Positions 1-9,270 of a DNA stretch of 24,000 nucleotides are shown piece after piece (the stretch's first letter is position 1; the number at the start of each line of letters is the position of its first letter). The DNA comes from Candidatus Bathyarchaeia archaeon (GTDB taxonomy: Archaea > Asgardarchaeota > Heimdallarchaeia > JABLTI01), in the NCBI GenBank assembly GCA_035528035.1, contig DATKZI010000043.1, positions 27,332-51,331 of the forward strand, written 5' to 3'. The notes beneath the pieces are model-generated. The model was given only the letters and a program-made list of their open reading frames with translations. It had not been told where the DNA came from and searched no databases. Both the position numbers and the translations under genes were made by a program.

Positions 1-365
1 AGAAACACAAAATAAAATTGTGTTGAGAGATAGATTTTAAAATCAGGGAAATTTGCAATAATTTTTTGGATAAATCCCGTATAGATATTTACTAAAACTA
101 ATACTACAATTATTGTAATCGTAAGTAATGCAAGAATTAGTGTTAACATTCTATCAAAATCAAAAGCAATCAATATTAGATTTATTGCTAACATGGAATA
201 GAAAACTACTCCAATAATATTCATATAACCTGTGTCAACAGTATTATCGGGATTGTTGATTCCACCACGTCTGTTATTAAGTATCATTTGCGTTAGAAAT
301 AATACTAATGTTGTAATAAATGTGGGAATTAAAAGAATCATTGATGAGAATGAGCGAATGACCAT
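1..365 (-). CDS. Partial CDS (5' part, continues past window start): multi-pass membrane protein of unknown function
   Basis: Absent from the ORF track because it has no stop inside the window. I translated the reverse frame by hand and it is open from 467 down to 1 (>150 codons) in AT-rich DNA. The first ATG is at 365-363 (MVIRSFSSMILLIPTFITTLVLFLTQ...), with an alternative TTG at 467-465. It contains three helix-length hydrophobic segments. The + strand ORF 232..504 looks like its shadow. Confidence 0.5.
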   Translation of the reverse strand, partial: MVIRSFSSMILLIPTFITTLVLFLTQMILNNRRGGINNPDNTVDTGYMNIIGVVFYSMLAINLILIAFDFDRMLTLILALLTITIIVVLVLVNIYTGFIQKIIANFPDFKIYLSTQFYFVF

Positions 366-711
366 TCTATCCTTATACTCTTTCGTATCTGAATCTTCCT
401 GTTTAGATTTCCTTTCAATAATTATAGTTTCTATTTTCGCGTCAGAAGCATGTTCTTCCTCAGTCAAATTTAATCACCATACACAAGAAATAATCTTCTA
501 CTAAAAAAAGATTCTTCATAAGGTAAATAAGATTAAAAAAATCTTTTTTCGAATTTTTGGACATTTTAGTGAGAAAGTATTGTGAAAGAAAATGATAGAA
601 ATATTTAAAAATAGACAAGAAGATATTCTCATTAGTATAAGAATTTGTTCTTATACTAAAAAAACTCACTTCCCCGATAAGTGAGAAAAAAAAATCGCGG
701 TAGAGTTTAAA

Positions 712-1158
712 ATGTTCGCAGAATTAATGACAAGTACCATTAAAGAGCGAGAATTAAGGATACGAGAATCCTTAGAACGAAAGAAAGGTACAAGAGGAAG
801 AAAGAAAAGCAAAAAAACAATCAGAGTTCAAGAGCTTATAATGGATCTTCTCTATGTAAATAAAAGATTAATGCGTTCTTCAGAAATTCGAATCGCTGTC
901 GGAAGACGAGTAAAGGGACTAAGTAATTATCTATTTTTTTCAGCCTTAATGGATTTACAAACGCAAGGGTCAATCATTAAGAAGAAGAATTTGTTAAATA
1001 TGAAGTATACTTTCTATGCTCTTTCAGATATAGAACGCGATCAAAGACTTAGAGATGTTCTCCCAAGAGACCAATTAAGTGGCATTGAATTGAGATATCT
1101 TGCTACTTTATATCAAATGGAAAAGGACTTAATCTTCCCAATGAGATTCCTTTTCTAA
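712..1158 (+). CDS. Small basic hypothetical protein, possibly a winged-helix DNA binder
   Basis: 148-aa ORF with a Lys/Arg-rich N-terminus (ERKKGTRGRKKSKK). The following ~70-aa segment has helix-turn-helix-like character. It ends just before a T9 run. No family was recognised with confidence. Confidence 0.55.
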   Translation: MFAELMTSTIKERELRIRESLERKKGTRGRKKSKKTIRVQELIMDLLYVNKRLMRSSEIRIAVGRRVKGLSNYLFFSALMDLQTQGSIIKKKNLLNMKYTFYALSDIERDQRLRDVLPRDQLSGIELRYLATLYQMEKDLIFPMRFLF

Positions 1159-1162
1159 AACA

Positions 1163-1171
1163 TTTTTTTTT
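1163..1171 (+). terminator. Oligo-T (T9) archaeal-type termination signal after the 712..1158 gene
   Basis: Nine consecutive T begin 5 nt after the stop codon and are followed directly by A9 (an 18-bp T9A9 palindrome). Archaeal RNA polymerase terminates at oligo-T tracts. Confidence 0.4.
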
Positions 1172-1308
1172 AAAAAAAAATAAGCTCTTGATTTTTCATT
1201 TTTATAAAAAAAATTCCTTTTTAAGGATATAAAGTTAGATTAATTACTGAGTAATTGTAATAATATAGTGGTAAGTCAATCTTGTAGATTGGTACCCGGA
1301 GATTATTG

Positions 1309-1971
1309 ATGCCCCCTGATTATAAAAAATTATACGAGATAGTTTGCGACCTTTATTCAGACACAGATCATTTCTATTATGGTCAATGGGATGAAACTTT
1401 CTATACTTTGCGAGTTTTCGAAACTTGTAAAACCTTAATTAGAAAAACTAACGCAAAAGTAGAAGAAGAATTTATTCTTACAGCAGCAATTTTTCATGAT
1501 GTAGGAAAAACAATCCTTGATACAGAAGAGAAGATAAAAGAAGAATGGGATAAACATCCTATTTATGGTGCAGAAGTAACTCGTAAAATATTAAAAGAGC
1601 AAGGATTTGAAAACGAATTTATAGAGCAAGTAGTTTATCTTGTTAAACATCATGATGATCGTCCAAGTAAAGTGGAAATGGTTCGAACACATGAATTAAA
1701 AATTCTGCAAGATGCTGATCTATTAGCTGACCTTGGATTAGCGAGTTTTGTTAGACCTTTTCTTTATAGTGGTAAAAATAAACGAAAAACAATTGATAAT
1801 GTAAATTACATAAAAGCAGAACGACCAAGTAATGGCAACATATCAAAAGAAAATCTCTATAAATTGAATCTTAATGTGTCAAAAAAGATAGCTAGTAAAT
1901 TAATTCGAGAAGCTAATAAACTGAATAATAAAATCTTCAAACTTACACAATCAGAACTTTTAGATGAATAA
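1309..1971 (+). CDS. HD-domain metal-dependent phosphohydrolase
   Basis: Contains the H...HD...D signature (AAIFHDVGK, then VKHHDDR and QDADLLADLG). The ATG at 1309 is preceded by cggaga; the track start at 1306 is a TTG one codon upstream. Confidence 0.85.
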   Translation: MPPDYKKLYEIVCDLYSDTDHFYYGQWDETFYTLRVFETCKTLIRKTNAKVEEEFILTAAIFHDVGKTILDTEEKIKEEWDKHPIYGAEVTRKILKEQGFENEFIEQVVYLVKHHDDRPSKVEMVRTHELKILQDADLLADLGLASFVRPFLYSGKNKRKTIDNVNYIKAERPSNGNISKENLYKLNLNVSKKIASKLIREANKLNNKIFKLTQSELLDE

Positions 1972-2044
1972 AAATAGAAATGACAATCAGCCTTTCTAAA
2001 ATACTTTATATTTGCAAGTAATGATAATCAATTGGTTGATTTAA

Positions 2045-2893
2045 ATGAAAGCATTTATTTCTGTTGATCTAGAAGGATTACCGTTTGTGGTAATACCAGG
2101 GCAATTAAATTTGAAAGGCTCATTATATGATGAAGCTCGTGAGATTGCTACTGAAATTACTCTTGCAGCTGCTCATGAATTAAAAGAAAATGGTTTTGAG
2201 CAAATATTAATTGCTGATAGTCATGGACCGATGGTCAACATAAAAGTAAATGACTTGCCTGAATATGTGGAAATCATTAGAGGAAATCCACGACCAACTA
2301 GTATGGTATTAGGTGTAGAAGAATGCGATGTAGCAATTTTTCTAGGCTATCATGCGAAATTTGGTACTGCTAAATCAACTTTTGATCATACATATAGCGG
2401 AGCAAGTATTCATCAAGTTAAGGTAAATGATATCCCTGCAAGTGAATTCCTTTTAAATGCCTATGTTGCTGGTGAATATAATGTTCCTGTAATTCTTGTA
2501 GGTGGAGAAAATCAACTTTTAAAAGATGATGTTGAAAAGTTTACTCCTTGGGTTGAAACAGTACCATTTAAACAATCATTTAGTCAATTCTCTTCCAGAA
2601 GTCCAAGTATGAAAAAAATTATCACTGAATTGCAAGAGAAAATTAGAATAGCAGTTAATAATTTCAAGAATAAGAAAACAAAACCACTAAAGGTCACTAA
2701 AGAAATTATTATGAGTATTACTTTTCGTACATCAATATTAGCTGATATAGCAGAATTATTACCTTTCATTAAACGCCTTGATGGTTTAACAGTTGAATAT
2801 AAAGCAAAAGATATGATTGATGCTTACAAAATATTTCAATTGTTAGTAACAGCTGCAGGTGGCATAAATGCATATATGAATAGTATACAATGA
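2045..2893 (+). CDS. Peptidase M55 family D-aminopeptidase (DppA-like)
   Basis: MKAFISVDLEGLP..., ADSHG, FLGYHAKFGT and LNAYVAGEYNVPVILVGG align closely, from memory, with Bacillus DppA blocks (MKLYMSVDMEGISG, NDSHS, FLGYHA, LNAYVAGYYDVPV). Confidence 0.8.
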   Translation: MKAFISVDLEGLPFVVIPGQLNLKGSLYDEAREIATEITLAAAHELKENGFEQILIADSHGPMVNIKVNDLPEYVEIIRGNPRPTSMVLGVEECDVAIFLGYHAKFGTAKSTFDHTYSGASIHQVKVNDIPASEFLLNAYVAGEYNVPVILVGGENQLLKDDVEKFTPWVETVPFKQSFSQFSSRSPSMKKIITELQEKIRIAVNNFKNKKTKPLKVTKEIIMSITFRTSILADIAELLPFIKRLDGLTVEYKAKDMIDAYKIFQLLVTAAGGINAYMNSIQ

Positions 2894-2918
2894 AAAATAG
2901 GATAACTGGATTAGTTGC

Positions 2919-3734
2919 TTATTTTTCTTTTAAATTATCTTTCATCTGGACAAAACTAAAGCAACTTGGAATATGCGAATCATATACTCCATGAGCATTC
3001 AGTGACCAACCATGATGTTTTTCTTCCGAATAATCCTCTGTTGAGAGAGATTGAAATCGGGAGAAATTTATACGTAATTCATCATTGATTTTTGGTTGAT
3101 ATTTTTTACCAAATAGAGATGTAAATCCATTCCAAGGAAAAGCCAATTCTACAGTCCATCCAATATCACGATCTGAGGAATCATTAATTGTTCCTTGTAC
3201 CTGAACAGCTGTTTTTAATCCAGGAAAATCCCAATCCATAAAAGCCCATCTTTTTCCTCTAGGATGTTTCTTATAACGAAGAATATCTTGGAATCCACCT
3301 AAAATATCTACATTTCTCTTGAGAAGATCAAATTCAGAACAATTAAATCTACTTTCTTTTGTATATGCATCTTGCCAGATATAGAATACCTCATAAATTG
3401 TCCCTAAAGCATTAATTTGAAATTCATAATAACATTCATCACCAGCAATAAAGAGTTCAATATCATTTTCGGTATAAATTTGTGAATCCCTATCGTTTAA
3501 ATAAGCTTGAACATTTGGTTCCTCCACCCAAAATGCTACATAGAAATAAGAAGAATCCCATAAAGTAGCAATCTTGGTTTGTAATGAAGCAGATCGTCCA
3601 GAGACAAGTTCAACTAAATTAGCTTTTGGAGCATGAATCCACACTTTCTTCTCGAGATTACCATCAATGATAATTGGAGAATTAATATGAAAACATGAAT
3701 AATGTGCAACTTTATCCTCAGAACAACCGTACAT
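2919..3734 (-). CDS. Carbohydrate-binding family 9-like (CBM9/DOMON-type) domain protein
   Basis: IIIDGNLEKKVW, TKIATLWDSSYFYVAFWVEEPNV, NDIELFIAGDECYYEFQINALGTIYEV match the characteristic CBM9_1-like pattern. No N-terminal signal peptide is evident. A gaggt Shine-Dalgarno-like box lies 8 nt upstream of the ATG. Confidence 0.7.
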   Translation of the reverse strand: MYGCSEDKVAHYSCFHINSPIIIDGNLEKKVWIHAPKANLVELVSGRSASLQTKIATLWDSSYFYVAFWVEEPNVQAYLNDRDSQIYTENDIELFIAGDECYYEFQINALGTIYEVFYIWQDAYTKESRFNCSEFDLLKRNVDILGGFQDILRYKKHPRGKRWAFMDWDFPGLKTAVQVQGTINDSSDRDIGWTVELAFPWNGFTSLFGKKYQPKINDELRINFSRFQSLSTEDYSEEKHHGWSLNAHGVYDSHIPSCFSFVQMKDNLKEK

Positions 3735-3829
3735 AACAATACCTCAGAAAATAGTTTATTGCTTAAAATTAATTTAAAAAATAAATACTTATTGGAAAAA
3801 GCGAAGAGAAAATAAAATGAATGGTAAAT

Positions 3830-4696
3830 TTATTGTAAATTCGTTAATTGTAAGCTTAAATCCCATAGCTCTCTATGCAATTTCTCATTTTTAGCAAAGT
3901 CAGAGATTTCCTTCAATTTACCATTCTGGAAATATTTACCAGTAATATTTGCTAACTCTGGGGATGATGCCAAATAAATAGCTGTTTTTGCTGCTTTTGA
4001 TGGACTATGAGAAAGTGGAAACAGTAACACCAAAGAAATTTTCATCAATAATGTTGTTTTCCCAAAATTGCTTCGAGTAAAACCGGGAGTATAAGTATTT
4101 ACAGTAACATCAAAATCTTTGAGTTGTTTTGCTAATTCTTGGGTGAACATTATGTTGTATAATTTTGATTCCCCATAAGCACCAAAACTTGAAAATTTCC
4201 TCGTCTCCCAATTGTAATCAGATAAAGACCATTTTTTTATTGCAGCATAGGCTCCCGAACTAACATTGATTATACGAGAAGGTGCACTTTTCTTCAGTAA
4301 ATCTAATACTAAATTTGTTAAAAGAAAATAACCCAAATGATTTACCGCAAAAGTTGTTTCAATATTATCTTCTGTTAATAATTTCTTATTATTCATTAGA
4401 CCATGATTATTTACAAGAAGATCCAATCGAGTATATTTCTTCTTAAAGTCAGTTACAAATGATCGAATTGACTTTTGTGAAGCAAAATCACAAATTAATA
4501 AATCAAGGGTATCTTTTCTTGTAGAATTTTTTATTTCTTCTAGTGCTAACAGTCCTTTCTCTTTATTACGAACAACCATAACAACATGAGCACCTAATTC
4601 AACCAATTGACGTGTGGTTTCCTTACCTACACCTGAATTTGCTCCTGTAACAATACAAATTTTATTTCTCAAAGTATTATTAATCATTTTTATCAA
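3830..4696 (-). CDS. Short-chain dehydrogenase/reductase (classical SDR)
   Basis: TGANSGVGK (TGxxxGxG), NNHG (NNAG-like) and YGESK (YxxxK) are present. The track start at 4696 is TTG; an in-frame ATG at 4687 (MINNTLRNKICIVTGA) is an equally likely start. Confidence 0.9.
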   Translation of the reverse strand: MIKMINNTLRNKICIVTGANSGVGKETTRQLVELGAHVVMVVRNKEKGLLALEEIKNSTRKDTLDLLICDFASQKSIRSFVTDFKKKYTRLDLLVNNHGLMNNKKLLTEDNIETTFAVNHLGYFLLTNLVLDLLKKSAPSRIINVSSGAYAAIKKWSLSDYNWETRKFSSFGAYGESKLYNIMFTQELAKQLKDFDVTVNTYTPGFTRSNFGKTTLLMKISLVLLFPLSHSPSKAAKTAIYLASSPELANITGKYFQNGKLKEISDFAKNEKLHRELWDLSLQLTNLQ

Positions 4697-4943
4697 AGAT
4701 ACAAATAATACTAGTTTCTTATTATTATTGATTAAATTTTTAATAAAAAAGAAATATTAGGACCTAAATGTACTGCCATTTCTAAAATAAGCTAGATTGT
4801 CTATGCTTGAAAAAATGTGAAAAACATGATTTATTTGAACAACCTGAAGAACATCACAAAGATAAGATTGTATTCTATCAAAGAGAGAAGAAATAATGTA
4901 AAAGAGAAGTCTTATTAGGTTGTAAAAGGGACTATAACTTAAG

Positions 4944-5435
4944 ATGTCAAAACAAAGATGGAAAAAATTCGAATTAGGTATGAGTTATCTTGAGAAGCAT
5001 GGTTTGGGTTTGATTTACTGGACGCAAGATGGTGAAAAACTCGTTTTCAAATCAGGTGCAGCTTTTAAGAGTTTAGAAGAAGAAACCCTTTCAAAACCTT
5101 ATAAAATAAAGCTGACTGAAGATAATAAAATCGTAGAATTAACTGAAGAATTTATGAACCGCTTTGAGATAAGCACTAAATTAGATTTACAAAGATTAAT
5201 GAGGATTTGTTCAATTTTATTAACTGATTTTAGTGGACCCATAGAGGAAGATACACCAAAAAATCATCTCGAGAGATTAAAGAATAGGCTTAAAAAATAC
5301 GTAAAAAATGAAAATGAACAATTAATTCAAGGATTTTTGGGATTTGAAGCAATTATGGGTTATAAAGAACAAATTGCTTTAGAAGATTATAATCAAGCGG
5401 CAAAATTAATGAATGGATTATACAAATTATGGTAA
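4944..5435 (+). CDS. Hypothetical protein
   Basis: 163-aa ORF with protein-like, charged and helical composition. No family was recognised. Confidence 0.55.
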   Translation: MSKQRWKKFELGMSYLEKHGLGLIYWTQDGEKLVFKSGAAFKSLEEETLSKPYKIKLTEDNKIVELTEEFMNRFEISTKLDLQRLMRICSILLTDFSGPIEEDTPKNHLERLKNRLKKYVKNENEQLIQGFLGFEAIMGYKEQIALEDYNQAAKLMNGLYKLW

Positions 5436-5928
5436 TGCAAAATTATTTTCAAGACTGAAAGAAATGCTTTCATATATTCTTTATTTTTCCTTTTCTATTG
5501 ATGGTGTTTTTATGATCGTTGATGATAAAGTAATCTTGAAAGAATTAGCTGAAGATTTTATTGGAATTTTAGAAAGTTGTGACGAAGAGAAATTCCAAGC
5601 AATCTGGCACCCACAAGCGATTAGGTTTGGATTGGGAAATGCTAATGAATTAATGACGATGAATAAAGAAGAAATGATAAAATATTCTCTGACTGGTTTA
5701 AGGAATCTTAAAAAGCAATTACCCAGCTCTGAAAGTATTAAATTTACTATTAAAGAAATACTTGACATTAAGTGTTTAGAGGGTGTTATTGGTTCTGTAT
5801 TGGTTAAATGGCAAATGAATCTTCCTGGTTCTGTCGGTACCCATCAAACCTTCATCCAATTTGCTAAGCATGAAAATAAATGGGTAATAGTAAACGTTCT
5901 TGACAAAGGTATTGAAGAAATAGAGTAA
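5413..5928 (+). CDS. Hypothetical protein, possibly an NTF2/SnoaL-like fold
   Basis: 171-aa ORF overlapping the upstream gene by 23 nt. The first 33 codons are hydrophobic and low-complexity, so the internal ATG at 5512 (MIVDDKVILKELAEDF...) is a plausible true start. The fold assignment is only an impression from the alpha+beta pattern. Confidence 0.55.
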   Translation: MDYTNYGNAKLFSRLKEMLSYILYFSFSIDGVFMIVDDKVILKELAEDFIGILESCDEEKFQAIWHPQAIRFGLGNANELMTMNKEEMIKYSLTGLRNLKKQLPSSESIKFTIKEILDIKCLEGVIGSVLVKWQMNLPGSVGTHQTFIQFAKHENKWVIVNVLDKGIEEIE

Positions 5929-5937
5929 ATTAATTTC

Positions 5938-6648
5938 CTATGATAATTTTCGCAAACGGATGAAAAGAAATCGTGGTTCTGTAATTAAATTTTCATATAT
6001 TACAGGATCAATTTCTTTTGCTTCTGGGACTGGGAAAGGTTCAAGTAAAACATCTACATAGAAATTATTTTTCTTAAAAATAGCAAAGATATTCGCTAAG
6101 GTTCGATGGTAATAGCTTACTTTGTATGGTTTTCCTTCAATTTGCCAAGTATCCTCATAGAGTTCTTTTGTAAAATAATTTGTCTTTTTGTGCCATAACC
6201 AATCAGCATGTGGATGGTGTATGGAAATCACAATTGAACCATCATCTTTGAGTATTCTCTGGAATTCTTTAAAGACAGGTAACCAATTATCTATATAATG
6301 CAAAACTAAAGAAGCAACTATAATGTCAAAGGATTTATCCTCTGTAAAAGTCAATGGTTTTGATATATCAGCAACTAGAATTTCAGCTTTAGTTCCTATT
6401 CGTTCTTTAGTGTATGCAACCATCCTTTCACTAATGTCACAGGCTACAACCGAAGCTTTCTGACCGAGCAACCATTCAGTAAGATTGCCACCACCACAAC
6501 CAACTTCAAGGACATGCTTGTTTTCAGCTTCACCAATAAGTGTGATAATGTTAGGACGATTATAAAGAGCATTATGAATGTTACTTTCATTTTTTTGGAT
6601 ATAGGCTTCTCCCATTGTATCATAATCTTTAGCTGGATTGGCTTTCAT
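5938..6648 (-). CDS. Class I SAM-dependent methyltransferase
   Basis: Motif I VLEVGCGGG, an acidic post-I residue (VVACDIS) and motif II-like FDIIVASLVLHY are present. Confidence 0.9.
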   Translation of the reverse strand: MKANPAKDYDTMGEAYIQKNESNIHNALYNRPNIITLIGEAENKHVLEVGCGGGNLTEWLLGQKASVVACDISERMVAYTKERIGTKAEILVADISKPLTFTEDKSFDIIVASLVLHYIDNWLPVFKEFQRILKDDGSIVISIHHPHADWLWHKKTNYFTKELYEDTWQIEGKPYKVSYYHRTLANIFAIFKKNNFYVDVLLEPFPVPEAKEIDPVIYENLITEPRFLFIRLRKLS

Positions 6649-6798
6649 TGTTATTCAGATTAATGATTATATAACACTAAAAAAATCTTTTGAAAAAATT
6701 AATAGTTATAAAAAAGTACCAAAATGATGATTAGAATCTTTTATTAAGGTGAAAATCAAAAAAAAGATAGAAGAACTACAAAAAAAGGTTGAGTTTGC

Positions 6799-7182
6799 AT
6801 GAAAGTTTCAATCACTACTCTGGAAGACTATGGATTCTTATTAGCATTTTTTGGTGGAATAATAACATCAGTTATGGCTTTACTTAGTTTTATAGTAAGT
6901 GTCGCTAAAGCTCACATACATTGGTTTTTTGGGGCAGGATTTATAGGAATAGCTAATCCAATTGCTGGATCTATAATTTCTTTAATTTTTGGCATATTTG
7001 CATTATTAATTGGTATGAAATTATTCTCAAGTAAAATCAATGATATTGTCTCACGAATAGATACTATAATCATTTCAATAATATTAATAGTGATAAGCAT
7101 TATTGTTATTGGTTTTGGTGGATTGATTATTTTAGTAGGTGCAATATTGTTATTGATTTATCGATTAAGATCAACAAATTAA
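6799..7182 (+). CDS. Small integral membrane protein (about 4 TM segments)
   Basis: 127-aa ORF that is almost entirely hydrophobic and Gly-rich helix-length segments. An aggttga box lies upstream of the ATG. Confidence 0.7.
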   Translation: MKVSITTLEDYGFLLAFFGGIITSVMALLSFIVSVAKAHIHWFFGAGFIGIANPIAGSIISLIFGIFALLIGMKLFSSKINDIVSRIDTIIISIILIVISIIVIGFGGLIILVGAILLLIYRLRSTN

Positions 7183-7249
7183 TCTTCAATATAGTTATAA
7201 ATTCCTAGAATGATTATTTAGCTACTATTAATTTAAGGAAGGAACTATC

Positions 7250-8239
7250 TTGAAAGTGCTAGTAGTACGACCTACTTTAGCTGAAATAATCGAAGAACAT
7301 AAAGATTCTTTATCGGAAAGTGTAGAAATCATCACACCTAATGAAGGCTCTGATGAAGAAATAGCACAATTGATCACCGATGTTGATATTATTGTTTGTA
7401 CGCGATTGTCAGCAGACGCAGTAATCAATGCTAAAAAATTGAAACTGATTCAAAAAACTGGTGCTGGAGTAGATGCAATGCCTTTCGAGGTAATTAAAGA
7501 AGAGATATATGTAGCAAATACTGCAGGGGCAAATCCAGTACCTTTAGCAGAAGGAGCAATAGCTCTTCTAATGAGTCTTGCGAAACGAATTGTAAGTAGG
7601 CATAATTTATTCCCTGATAGGGACTCTCAAAAAGGAACAGAAATTAGAGGAAAAAATCTAGGGATTATAGGAATGGGAAGTATTGGAGTGGAAATAGCTA
7701 AACGTATGAGCTCTTTTGAGATGAATATTTTAGCTATAAAGAGACAACCAACTGAAGAATTAAAAGAAAAATTAGGTTTAAAATTCCTTGGGGGACCCGA
7801 GGATCTTGATTATTTATTAACTGAATCAGATTTTATTATATTGACAGTTCCATTAACACCACAAACTCGTGGGTTGATAGGTGAACGAGAATTACAGCTA
7901 ATGAAACCTACTTCTTATATTATCAATGTTGGACGTGCAGCATTAATACAAGAAGAACCCTTCTACAAAGCATTAAAAGAGGAAAGAATAGCTGGAGCTG
8001 GTATTGATGTTTGGTGGACACCTCATTGGTGGGACACCATCTGGAAACCTCATAATGATAAACCAGCTAATTATCCTATATGGGAATTGCCAAATGTGAT
8101 AGCTACTCCTCATAATATTGGATTTACAGAAAAAACGATTCACTCTGATAATGCCATAAAAATAATTATTGAAAACATCAATCGTATTGAGAAAGGTTTG
8201 CCTCCACTAAATACCGTTGATAAAGAATTTCAATATTGA
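7250..8239 (+). CDS. D-isomer-specific 2-hydroxyacid dehydrogenase family, NAD-binding
   Basis: GIIGMGSIGVEIAKR (GxGxxG), NVGRAALI and ATPHNIG blocks are present. The start is TTG, preceded by aaggaagga. Confidence 0.9.
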   Translation: MKVLVVRPTLAEIIEEHKDSLSESVEIITPNEGSDEEIAQLITDVDIIVCTRLSADAVINAKKLKLIQKTGAGVDAMPFEVIKEEIYVANTAGANPVPLAEGAIALLMSLAKRIVSRHNLFPDRDSQKGTEIRGKNLGIIGMGSIGVEIAKRMSSFEMNILAIKRQPTEELKEKLGLKFLGGPEDLDYLLTESDFIILTVPLTPQTRGLIGERELQLMKPTSYIINVGRAALIQEEPFYKALKEERIAGAGIDVWWTPHWWDTIWKPHNDKPANYPIWELPNVIATPHNIGFTEKTIHSDNAIKIIIENINRIEKGLPPLNTVDKEFQY

Positions 8240-8254
8240 AATTCACTCTAATTA

Positions 8255-8821
8255 TTATTTTGAAAGTTTAGAATGACGAAAACAATCAGTTGTATGATCA
8301 TTAACAATACCTATAGCTTGCATAAATGCATAGATGATTGTTGGTCCTACAAAGGTAAAACCTCTTTTTTTCAAATCTTTACTAATTGTCTCAGATAATT
8401 CTGTTTGAGCTGGAATTTCAGCACCTGTTTTGCAATTTGTTTGAATTGGAACATTATTTACATAATTCCAGAGATACTTATCAAATGATTCAAACTCTTC
8501 ACGAATTTTTAAAAAAGCTTTAGCATTTGTTACTACCGAACGAATCTTTAGTTTATTCCTAATAATCCCAGGATTCTCGAGTAATTTCTGAATTTTCTCT
8601 TCATTATATTTAATTATTTTATTGTAATCAAAATTATCAAAAGCTTGGCGATAATTTTCACGACGTTCTAAAATAGTTCTCCAGGATAGACCTGCTTGAG
8701 CTCCCTCTAAAACAAGAAATTCAAATAAAATTCTATCATTATGAATTGGAACACCCCATTCTAAATCATGATAATCATTATACAATTTATCAGTTCCAGC
8801 CCAAAAACATCTTTGTTTCAA
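8255..8821 (-). CDS. tag: DNA-3-methyladenine glycosylase I
   Basis: RCFWAGTDKLYNDYHDLEWGVPIHNDRILFEFLVLEGAQAGLSW, RENYRQAF, KKRGFTFVGPTIIYAFMQAIGIVNDH are near-colinear, from memory, with E. coli Tag. The start is TTG. Confidence 0.92.
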   Translation of the reverse strand: MKQRCFWAGTDKLYNDYHDLEWGVPIHNDRILFEFLVLEGAQAGLSWRTILERRENYRQAFDNFDYNKIIKYNEEKIQKLLENPGIIRNKLKIRSVVTNAKAFLKIREEFESFDKYLWNYVNNVPIQTNCKTGAEIPAQTELSETISKDLKKRGFTFVGPTIIYAFMQAIGIVNDHTTDCFRHSKLSK

Positions 8822-9001
8822 ATTATAACACCAGTATATACTTTTGATTGTTTTTATAATTAGTTTTGTATAGTATGGAATTTTCTATTATGAATTTGTT
8901 GTTTTACATCAATATGATTGACACGTTATCAAAAAGTCGTAATATTATTACAAAAAAAATTTAAAAAAAACTAAAGGTCTATGTATAAGAAGAAACTATA
9001 A

Positions 9002-9211
9002 GTGTTAATATGGAAGTTGCCTATAATGAATTCTAATGTAAAAACACACATTGCTGAGGAAAAAATATTATTAAGAGAGTATCTTGAAAAAATAGGCATA
9101 AAAGATATAGAAAAATATACTATTTTAGTTAACGGTATAATCGTTAAACCGGATATTATGATCGAGAAAGATGATGAGATAATCGTTGTTCCAATCTTGA
9201 AAGGTGGATAA
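9002..9211 (+). CDS. ThiS/MoaD/SAMP-like beta-grasp protein with C-terminal Gly-Gly
   Basis: 61-69 aa depending on start (GTG 9002 or ATG 9026). It ends ...DDEIIVVPILKGG-stop. The internal VNGIIV and the D-E-I-x-V-x-P-x-x-G-G tail are typical of ThiS/MoaD-type sulfur carriers and small archaeal modifier proteins. Confidence 0.7.
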   Translation: MLIWKLPIMNSNVKTHIAEEKILLREYLEKIGIKDIEKYTILVNGIIVKPDIMIEKDDEIIVVPILKGG

Positions 9212-9232
9212 ATTAAAGTTAAAAAGGTTGAG

Positions 9233-9264
9233 AGGCCGAAAAGGAAGAGGTTAAATTTCGACCT
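9233..9264. terminator. Hairpin between convergent genes, a possible bidirectional terminator
   Basis: aggccgaaa (9233-9241) pairs with tttcgacct (9256-9264): 9 bp with one mismatch and a 14-nt loop. It is unusually GC-rich for this intergenic DNA. Confidence 0.3.
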
Positions 9265-9270
9265 TATGAA

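Noticed and set aside
232-669. Track ORFs 232..504 (+) and 460..669 (-)
   Set aside because: 232..504 lies antisense to a much longer open reverse frame (467 to 1 and beyond) that encodes clear TM helices. 460..669 has low-complexity, Phe/Asn/Lys-rich junk-like composition in a divergent intergenic region. Both are best explained as chance ORFs.
6723-6729. C-box-like ATGATGA in the intergenic region upstream of 6799, a possible C/D box sRNA
   Set aside because: No CTGA D or D' box and no second C' box occur within the following ~80 nt on that strand. A similar check of tcatcat at 12727-12733 (- strand) also found no D box.
2584-7428. Antisense or nested ORFs 2584..2769, 5481..5768, 6912..7100 and 7228..7428
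   Set aside because: Each lies wholly or largely inside a longer ORF on the opposite strand that has recognisable family motifs or TM structure. Their sequences are Ile/Ser/Leu-rich shadows typical of AT-rich coding DNA.
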